A DNA stretch of 64,000 bases. Source: Ministeria vibrans ATCC 50519 (Eukaryota > Protista > Filasterea). The DNA lies in contig CALSCP010000945.1 of the NCBI GenBank assembly GCA_943704425.1, positions 1 to 64,000 on the forward strand, written 5' to 3'. The notes under the pieces were generated by a model, which was not told the DNA's origin, did not search any database, and was given only the letters and a program-made list of their open reading frames with translations. Below, piece after piece: positions 51,503-64,000 of the stretch; position 1 is the stretch's first letter, and each line of letters opens with the position of its first letter. A program made the translations under genes and the position numbers.

Positions 51503-52013
51503 AATGGCTTTTGTTTTCTTCAGAGAGAGAGAGAGAAAGAGTCAAGTTGAGAGGGAGAGAGAGAAAAGAATAACTACAGAGAGAGGAAAATACAAACAAA
51601 AATGTGATGTTTTTGTTATGATCGTTGCTGCAGAAATGACGTTTACAGGAAGCAGAAAATAAATAGAGAATAGAGAGCTCAGAGTTGTACTCAATGTCAA
51701 AACAAGAAAATCATTATACAAAACGAAGGGCAGCACATTACCGAGTACTTCCACCGTAGACTTCCCAGACAGAAGAGACCACCTTCACCTTGCAATCTCA
51801 ACCGGAAGTCTAAAGACATAGAAAAGTGGCAGATCAAAACTCAGCACTCATCAGTGCTTGGGTCGACGCTATCCTTCCGTTATCCATTGAGGCAATGGAA
51901 AAATACAACGAATTATTATTATTATCATTCTAATTCTCTATTAATTACCTTTCTTATTCTCACAAATGAAAATAATCAAAAAAAAAATTAATAATATTTT
52001 CACACTTTGCGCC

Positions 52014-55000
52014 ATGTCAAGTGTGGCTCAGCCTGTGAATGATGCAGCGTTAATATCGTGGCTGGCTCACCGATTGAAAGATGCGTAAGTAACACAAAAA
52101 AGGTGTCACATTTTGAGAGAGAAATGAGCGCAAAAGATACACAACTGTGTCCCTACGCACCGCATGCTATGCTGCGTACACGTCTCTGGAACTGTGTGGG
52201 GGGTTGAGCGGGTGTTTGGCGAATCAGTTGCGCTTTGACAAAATGTCAACTTTAAGCGACGTTTTTTGACTCTTCTCTTTTTTTCTCAACACGAAAAAAA
52301 AAATGAATGACAGGGAAAACATCGACGACAAGGTCCTGGGAGTGCTGGGGGAGTATGTCATTGCGCTTTTGAAGCACAAAAGCAAGGACCAGCGAGCGTA
52401 CGCGACGAAGAAGCTCGATGTGTTTCTGGGTCAGCACACGGGGGCGTTTGTCGACGAACTGTTTGAAGCGATCGAAAGCGGCTCGTACATGCGCCCTGCG
52501 CCGCAGTCGCGCGGGTTCGAGAGCGCGCCGAGTGTCCCGGTGGCACATGGAAGGCGGGCAACCGACGAGCGCGACGACGATCACGAGGACGACGCGGACC
52601 GTCAACGACGACGCGCGCATGCCGATCACAGTGGCGCTCGCGACGCCGCCGACGCCGACGCCGACGATGGGTCGCGCAAGCGCACACGCCCTCATGACAG
52701 CCCGGGCGACTTGGATGACGATGATGATGACGACGACGACAGTGGACGACGAAGACGACGAAGGCGGCGAAGCAGCGACGAGGGGGACTCTCATCGACGC
52801 GGCAGCTTCAATCGGGACGAACAGAACCGCGTCATGCTCGGCGGTGGTGGTGAACCGAGCAGCAGCAGTAGCACAACCGCCGCCGCCCCTAGCAGTAGCA
52901 GTGCCAATACCTCTGGCTATGGACGTCACTATCGCGACCATGACTACAGTTCGCGCCGTTCTGATTCGTCGGCGCAAGGCAGTCGCGGTGCACGCACGTC
53001 GCGCTACCAACCGCATCAACAGCAGCAGCAGCAGTCGCATGCACAGAGCCTGGTAGGCATGCCAACGACGATGGGGTTCCCGTACCCTACAGGCATGCCC
53101 ATGGCAGCAGGAAACGTGGTGTATCCAAGTATGGGTGCAGTGCCCGAGTACGACCCTGACCAGGTGCTCGCAGCGGGCGTTCCTTCCACGATGCACGCCT
53201 GGGGTCAACCACAGCAACAGCAGCAACAGCAGTCGTACGGCGTTCACTCTCGACTGTCTGATCCGTCACGTCGCGTGGTGCGCGACGTCACTCTCATTTC
53301 CACGAGCCCACAAGGGTATCAGAGCCAGCGCAATGACGACACCGGATCGTCCATGACGATGTCGATGGACCCACGTGACCGTGACTACTCGAACAACGTG
53401 GGCCGGGGAAGGGGACGTGGACGGGGAGGAGGACGCGGTGGGTTCCGTGGGGGTTACAATGGTGGTGGAGGGGGAGGGGCAAGCGGAGGTGGGGGAGCTC
53501 GCTCGCGCACCGTGTTGCGTCTGGTGAATATTGCGCCGGAGGAGAACACCATTGGTGCGGTCAACGACTACTTCAAACGTTTTGGTGAGATTGTGAATCT
53601 GCGTGTGGCACTGGGAGTCGATCGTCGCGAAGCGGAGGTGGAGTTTAAGACGGCGGATGCGGCACGCGAGGCCATCCGTTGTCCCGAGGCAGTGCTCAAC
53701 AACCGCTTCATCAAAGTGTTCTTCAAGACCATGACAGACGAGACGGATGCAATGTCGACGTCCTCTGCGGCGCCTCCATCGTCGCACGCAGCAACGGCAG
53801 CGACAGGGGGTGGTCGCGGGGGAGGAGGAGGAGTTGCGACTGGTGCGGGTGAGCCGAGCGCGCCTGTGCCGCCTGCAGAGAATCTTGAAGACCGACGGCT
53901 GGCGTTGGAGGCCAAGGCGACGGCGGCACGCGAGGCACGCGAGGAACGACAGAAGACGGAACTGGAGCGCAAGGAGAAGCTGAAGAAGTACTTGGATTTG
54001 CAGAAGCAGAAGATGTCGCTGTTGGAGCAGCAGCAGAAGTTGATTGTGGCGCGTGTGAGCGAAGGGAGTGTGGACGGGGCGGTCCGAGCGCTGCTCATGA
54101 CACAACTGTCGGACATCCAGAAGCAGATTGGGGACACGACGCGCGCGACCAAACAAGCGCTGCTAAGTGCGAAGAATGCGACGAATCGTGCTGCAACGAC
54201 ACCCACTCAGTCTCCAATGCGCAGCGGTGTTACTTCTAGTAGTAGTAGTAGTGGTGGTGGTGGTGGTGGTGGTGTGACGGCTACAGGGGCTGCACCACAG
54301 ACACAGGCAGCGCTTGAGGCGCGATTGGAGGCGTTGAAGAAGCAAGCGGCTGCTGCTGGTGTGTCGACGGATGTGAGCAGTGGTAGTGGACGGGGCGGAG
54401 CCCGAGGGGGAGGCGGCCGCGGCAGAGGGGGTCGGGGAGGAGGACGGGGAGCGAGTGCAGGGGCAGCGCGGGTGCTGGACATGCGGCCGTCGCGGGTGCT
54501 TGTGCGAGGGTTTGACGAGGCGCAACGCGACGCAGTTGTGGAGCATTTGGGCAAGTTCGGCACACTGACGAGTGTCGCAGCCAACGCAAGTGGTGGAGAC
54601 GGTCTTGTCGTGCAGTATGAGCAGCGCTATCAGGCCCAAGCGGTACGGAGTCAACTTGATGGCTGTGTGAGTATCTAACCTTTGTATATATATAATTATG
54701 TGTGTGTTGTGTGGGGAGTAGGCGATTGAGAAAGGGAGTGCGTGGAGTGGCGGAGAGCGACTGATCATGGGATGGGAGCACCTGGCGACCCCCACAAGTG
54801 CCCCTGCTGCTGCAGCTGTGGCTGTTGTTGCAACGCCTGTCACAGTGGACACTGAAAGCGCATTGGATGAAAGTGCTGTCGAGAATGTGACACAGCACAA
54901 CGAACGCCATGTACGCAACGTTTTTATCTTCTTCCAAGAATCTATGTGTATCTGACGCGTGTGTGTTTTGTAGTTTGATGATGATGATGATGATGAAGAC

Positions 55001-55033
55001 GACGAAGATCGCGAGCGCAGTTGGAAGCGCTGA
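52014..55033 (+). CDS. RBM26/RBM27-like RNA-binding protein (PWI, RRM, coiled coil, second RRM), 4 exons
   Basis: PWI-like LGEYVIALLK..KLDVFLGQHTGAFVDELF; RRM NTIGAVNDYFKRFGEIVN..EAVLNNRFIKVF; LDMRP second RRM; C-terminal ERSWKR. Confidence 0.85.
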
Positions 55034-55193
55034 GTGAGCACTATAGGTCTTTTTTTCCGACTTTTTTCACACACACATACCCACACATGTCTTTCTCACT
55101 TAATGAATTTTAAATGCTATTCCTATCATACATTATTACTTTGCGTGCTTTATTGAGAGTATGTATAAAATAGAGCTGATGCACGGTGGGGGG

Positions 55194-56008
55194 TTAGAGA
55201 AACTTGACACCAAGATCGTCCTTTGATGCGCCTGTGAAGACCTGCGCCTTGCCCTGCGCCTCAAGACAGCGCAGGGCCTTGAGCAGCAGTGTCTCGTCCA
55301 TGCCATGCAGTTCTAGAATAAGAAGGAGGAAGGGGAGGTGAGAATGCATGATTGAGGATGGGAATGAAAGGGGGCCACCTGATCCTTCAGACTGCTCGCC
55401 GTGTATGAGTTCGTAGACGGTGCACACTGTCTGGTTCATTCCATTGGCATTGACCCACTGTTCGACGAGCGATGCCCACTCGTCGGGCGTCCGCCACATT
55501 AGCATGCCGCGTGACCGTGATGAGCCTTGCTCCCACTCAATGTGGCCCTGAGCGTCCAGTTCGGCGAGGACAAGACGAATGCCACTTTCGTCGAGTGAAC
55601 CTAATCAAGAATGAGAATGACAGTAACGGTTGTTTTTGTGCTTTGCGAGAAGACTCGCGTACGTTTGATCGTGGTGTTGTTGAACACTTCGGACGAGGTG
55701 AGTTCACGCACGTCAAACTGCGAGAGACGATGAGAGCGAAAGTAATCGAGAACAAGTGAAGTCCACGCCTAAACAAACGGAAGGACGGCACGGATAGGGC
55801 CGTGTGAGGGAGGAGGAGGGGGAGTGGGGGAGGGGCGTGCCTCAAGCTGCTTTCGTTTGGTGTCGGCATTGGGTTGGATGCTGAGGAGAGAGAGAGATCA
55901 GGAAACAGATCAGATTTCATTCAATCCAATTGAGTTGCTTGCGGTGGATGTGGAGTACGTGAAGAACGGGGGAAAGCGGTAAACTTCGGGCCATTCAAAC
56001 GAGTTCAT
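55194..56008 (-). CDS. VPS25: ESCRT-II subunit VPS25 (5 exons, one GC-AG intron)
   Basis: MNSFEWPEVYRFPPFFTIQPN..RKQLEAW; WRTPDEWA; TVCTVYEL; C-terminal GVKFL. Confidence 0.93.
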
Positions 56009-56215
56009 TGTGATGGAGCCCGAAAATGTGAGTATCAAGTACAATAATGATTAACTAAAAAGTTGAATAAGTCTTATTCTACGATTAATTTGGTCTTCGT
56101 GTGGTGACTGTTGTATCATTAATAAATGCATTAATTAATGGGTTGTACTAATTATTATTATTATTTCTATTTTATGTTGTTGCTGTTGTTAATCATTATA
56201 CAATTAGTGGAGAAA

Positions 56216-57354
56216 CTATTGAACTGAAGCCCCATGTTCCTCCGAGACAGTGGGGCAATCAGAAACACCCGAGCAGGGAGAATGCGTATCTATGAGAGAT
56301 TTGGCGAGACTAGCCATGCTGGTGCGATGGGTAAGATCTCGTGGAGCGGCCACAGTACCTTTGGCAGCAGCATTGAGATCCTGAGAGAGAATAAAAGAGA
56401 CAAAGTTATATAATAATGTGTGTTTGACATAGGGGCAAGTGTGTTGTATACTTCGCTTGCGTCTAGCAGACTCCACACGGGCTCGGTGGCATGGAGTCCA
56501 CCTGTACGTTCAAGATCATCACAATGCGCAAAAAGAAGACCGTCAAGAAGCGCAGTGAAGACAGAGCAAAGAATGACTCCCATAAAAGCAGACTGGAGCA
56601 TCATGATGAAAATCGGGGCAACCGGAAAAGACAAGCGAGGGTTGGATCCAAGCAAAACAAATCCAACGGTGGTCGACAGAGTTGTCACAGAGTGAACAGC
56701 GACGGCAAGCACAAGCATAAGCGCACGCATGACAGGGCGTGCGCGCGCCTGGTGAGGCGAGGACGGACGCAAAACGTGCGTCGCCACGACCGTCGCATGG
56801 CCTATGTCACGCCCGAGCACGGCCACTACCGTCAATGCACTTCCTGTGCACCCCCTCATCATTCGCTCCCTCCTGCTCACTCGTCTCTCTCCGTCTTCCT
56901 CCCTATCTTCTTCTTCGTTTTCTTCTTCTTCTTCTTGTGCTCTTCCAGTGATCTTTGCGTACAGTCCCATTGCAATTCGAACAGGTATCATTCCCAACAC
57001 CATTGGTGCTCCTAATCCAAATTCCTAAGGGTGAGTCTTCTCTCTCACTCTTTCCTTCTTTTTTGTTTTCTTTCTCCCTCGAATCTCCCTCCACCCTATT
57101 TCACTCCCCCAGGAATAAGAAATCGCCCTCTACTCTTCCCTCTCCTTCTTTCGTGTGTGCGAGTGTCACTCTTTCTTTCACCTTTTGTCACCTCCTGTTT
57201 CTTTCGCCCTCTATTCTCTCTATCACTTTGTTTCTTTCTCTCTCCTTCTTTCGTGTGTGCGTGTGTCACTCTTTCTTTCACCTTTTGTCACCTCTTGTTT
57301 CTTTCGCCCTCTTTTCTCTCTATCAGAACTCTATCACTTTGTTTCTTTCCCTCT

Positions 57355-57395
<41 letters not shown>

Positions 57396-58609
57396 CTTAG
57401 TTTTCTCTTCGTGTGATTTACTAACCGAGTGCGTATGATCAATGTGATAGCGCAGATTAATCCAGAGCGATTGTTTGACGGGACTCTTTACAAATTGGTC
57501 GGGCGTGAGACTGGCAAAGTAGAATTGCGCAGAGGCGAGAGCTAACACTCCACTTGAGAAGGTTCTAAGCACTTGGGAACCCCACACAAGAGAGATAACT
57601 AAAAACGTGTAGAATGAAGGAGTTACAGGTGTGTTTGTAACTTGTAAGTGATTGAGAGCGTAACATGACAGACTTAACTGAGAAATGGCGGGAAATACTT
57701 TAGTACACTACAAAAAACACAAAAAAAAGGTCCGAGTGTGAGCAAATAAAAAGACAGACAGACGATGAGTCGAATAATAATAATGGCAGTTACGATGATT
57801 GATTGAAGTGGAGGAGAGGCGGGGGAAGGACAGAGGGAGAGGAATGTATGTGTGTGCCGTTGAGTGATGTTGTGGTGTGTCCGGCAGAGGCAAGTTCAGC
57901 AATGGCGACTATATTGTAGGCAAAGGAAGCGGCAAAGAGGGTCGCAATGGCAATGGGGAGGGCAAACAGGAGAGACGGAGCACGGCGGATGTACGGTCGG
58001 GTGTGTGAAAGGGCGAGGGAGGCAAGGAGGAGCGTCTTGCGGAAGTGCACTGTAAGGGCGAACAATGCAAGGGTGATGGTAAGTGATGCAAGTGCCATGG
58101 CAAGAAGCAGCCACACGTTGACCATGGCTGCGTGGATGCGCTCGGTGCGGCTCGTTGCAAAAGTGTACTCGCTCCACCAGGCGTAGAAGAAGACGCCGTT
58201 GCTGAGCAGCGCAACCAGGAGACCCGTCAGTGTGATGCGCAGAACGTGCTCGCGCTGCACCAAGAAAAGCAGTAAACACCACAGTGCTGAAACCATGAGA
58301 GCTGCCGCAGCACAGCACAGAATCCATTGGTAGGAGATGCTCATGTCGCCAACGATGCGTGTGCCGACACTCACATCGTTGAAGAGTGCATACACCACGC
58401 GACTGACGGCTAAGGAGGTAAAATTGTGACGCTCCACTGCTGACCAGAACCAATCTGCGTCGCTGTCGGGTACACAGTGATTCAGGCTATCGCTGCTGGC
58501 AAACGTGCCGGGTGCACAGAGTCCCTTTCGGATGGCCACGATGAGCTCTGCGTCCGATTCGACCTGAACGCCCGCCAGACACACCGCAGTCGCAAGAGTC
58601 GCCGTCTGC

Positions 58610-58697
<88 letters not shown>

Positions 58698-58779
58698 GGA
58701 GAAAGAAACAAAGTGATAGAGNNNNNNNNNAGAGAGAGGAGGGAGAAAGAAACAAAGTGATAGAGAGAGAGAGAGAGAG

Positions 58780-58871
<92 letters not shown>

Positions 58872-59377
58872 AAGGGGATGCAACAAGCCATACGGCGTGT
58901 GCGCGAGAGTCTCTGCGCAGTGCCAACCTCAGTGGAGGTCGGACAGGCGGCGACGCACACTGACACAGTGACGTTTGCGGCCGTCACAAAGGAGAAGAGA
59001 GCCTGGCGCTCGCTGAAGTTGGGCAGAGACGGGTCGAAGACAGCGTTGTCGTAGCCACACACAAGTCCGCGTGAGTCTGTACCGTAGTAGAGTCGCTCGG
59101 GAGCGCCAAACTGAAAAAGACAACAAACACACTAAAAACGCGACTCATTCTCACCGCAAACCTGAAAAGCAAACACGCCAAGCGCCGTAAAGCACACCCA
59201 CAAGGTCATAAAGAGCAACAAACAGAGTCTGTCGGTCGTGCGGCGGCCCTCAAGCAGCCGCTGGGCCCCAATGTGTTCCGCGAGAGACGCACCGTGTGTG
59301 GCCCCTGTGGTGCGCTCCAGGAGCGGCTCTCTCTCGCGCCCCTCGCTATCAACGACTACGTCGAGACTTGCATCCAT
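56216..59377 (-). CDS. Choline transporter-like (CTL/SLC44) multi-pass protein, about 7 exons
   Basis: RRTTDRLCLLLF, RLYYGTDSRGLVCG, VCVAACP, LRYH, LDGLLFAHCDD; multiple TM segments. Some internal exon boundaries are uncertain. Confidence 0.8.
57140..57395. repeat. Intronic ~100-nt direct duplication plus (CT)n tract
   Basis: ctccttctttcgtgtgtgcg.gtgtcactctttctttcaccttttgtcacctc occurs at about 57142 and 57242. Confidence 0.85.
58612..58868. repeat. (GA)n/(GT)n compound microsatellite in a CTL intron
   Basis: Seen directly. Confidence 0.95.
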
Positions 59378-59494
59378 GAAAGGGGTGGGGCTTGGAGAAT
59401 CGAAATAAATCAATCAAAATGTTATATTGTATAACAATAATAATAATAATAATTATTATTATTATTATTATTATTATTGCTCCCATTAAAGTGA

Positions 59495-62465
<2,971 letters not shown>

Positions 62466-62930
62466 ACACCGTTCTCAAAAGATAAAAAAAAATCTGTGAG
62501 TGAATTATAATAATTATTATGAAATTTTTATAAATTGCTTGAGTTTTTTTTACACAATCCGAAATCAAAATAATATGTCAAAAAACAACAAGTCGCGTCT
62601 TCTCTGATCTCAAACAATAATCAGTTGATCTGTCTAAAGACAATAAAGACACAAATCACAATTATCATATCTGTAATCTGATAACTTCAGGCTTCTCATT
62701 AATAATTGTGGTGTTGTCACTTTTCGTATCACTTTCGTATTGGATCTTTGTGACTTGTTCGATAAAATCGAACTTCCTTCAACTGACATAATATTTGATA
62801 CACATCGGAAGTCGATCCGATCTGCCATTGGATCCTAACCACGCTGTTGGGGCCTTGATCTTGCAGTATCGTTTGCAACCCACTCCTTCTCTCCAACCTG
62901 GGGTCCAAACAATCGAAAGCCAATCGCTCC

Positions 62931-64000
62931 ATGGCGGCTGTAGCGAAAGCGGAGCCTCCTCCGCCCTTGCACATTGAAGAATCCAACCACTCCGTACGCC
63001 CCATCCGCCTTCTCCCTCCTCGCCCCCCCCTTTTCCCTTTTGGTTTGTCGTTTTTTTTTTTNNNNNNNNNNCTCCCTCTCTCTTCCCCCCTCCTCCTCTG
63101 CGGCGCCTCCCTTCCCGTCTTCTTCCCCGCAGCGCTCCACGGCGTGTTGGTCGCCGATCGCCACTGTCTTCGTCGTGATGAGACACACTCCAAAGACCCA
63201 AAAAAAAAAAAAAAAAAAAAAAAAACGAAAGAAGTGTCTCTCTCTCTCGTTGCTTATGGGTGCCCTGTGTACGCGCCCAGCGTCTGCGCTGCATGCGTCC
63301 CGCCTGTATTCAGCCTGTCGTGCCGCATTTGGGTTTGAGCGATATCACTCACAATGCTGACGTATCACCAACACCCCCCTCATAACTCTCCTGCGCTCCC
63401 CTCGCCCACCGCCCGCCCTCGTGGAGTCGCAGGGATGGGGGTAGAGTGCTGTACCGCTCATTCGTGTGGTCACCTACGCGATGGTTGTTCTGCCGTTCGC
63501 GTTTACATTTTGTCTGTGGTCCACTTTGCATCTGTGCCGTCGATGCGTTGCTCTCTGGCCCTTCCACCGTTCGCCTGTGCGTCGTTCTCTTCTTCTATAC
63601 CTGTGTACTTGCCTGGCCGTGTGGACCATGCTCTTGATTTCATATCGAACTTGCGCTCACCTTTTTTCTTTCTTGTGGGGGGTTTTTTATTTTTGAAATC
63701 ATTCTAGACACAACAAACCAATGGGTGTGCCAACGGCACTGCGGCCTCTGCAGCGCCTGCTGCTGCTGCTGCTGCTGCTGCTGAGACTACCTCGATACCC
63801 ACCATCACCACCCCACCCGAGCCAGAGCCATCTGCGTCCCCTGTGGCGTCAGAACCGCTCACGTCCCTCTCGGGTGCCGCTTGGCTTGTCGAGCCCGCCG
63901 CGTCCGGTACTGCGTCACAGCCCGTGACGCCTCCGCGTTCGCCGCTCCAGGAGAAGGCCCGGATCTCGTGGCAGAAGGTCCGAGACATGTCCAAAGTCAT
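62931..64000 (+). CDS. Unknown protein, 3' partial; exon structure uncertain
   Basis: ATG at 62931 followed by a GTACGC donor; AG at 63706-63707 precedes an open Ala/Pro/Thr-rich frame running off the window (..RSPLQEKARISWQKVRDMSKV). Confidence 0.4.

Noticed and set aside
57598-57860. Possible non-canonical donor in the CTL gene
   Set aside because: Two ordinary GT-AG introns around a small exon (VLKYFPPFL) restore the frame.

Overview
Gene-dense, intron-containing eukaryotic DNA in the standard genetic code, with short spliceosomal introns, many microsatellites and several assembly gaps. Gene content (ADAM protease, Notch-type calcium-binding EGF arrays, a tyrosine-motif membrane protein, WW-BAG co-chaperone, SUV4-20, the centriolar gene WRAP73) suggests a unicellular holozoan-like protist; this is inference, not identification. 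I built 17 gene models by hand, two of them partial. The centre of the window (27.9-51.5 kb) holds two tandem paralogous giant secreted proteins made of cbEGF repeats ending in three LamG-like domains. The most striking observation is that eight globular domains of 132-209 aa, several resembling bacterial surface-protein domains, are inserted inside EGF modules, always between Cys3 and Cys4. The same genes show an exact 603-nt super-repeat, eight phase-0 introns at one EGF position, and a near-identical repeat block shared between paralogs. Other unusual architectures: ADAM with a cytoplasmic CUE-like domain, a claudin-like tetraspan with a CagA-like EPIYATID tail, SUV4-20 fused to a PWWP-like domain, and a myristoylated APH-like pseudokinase. 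All family calls come from motif recognition, not database searches.
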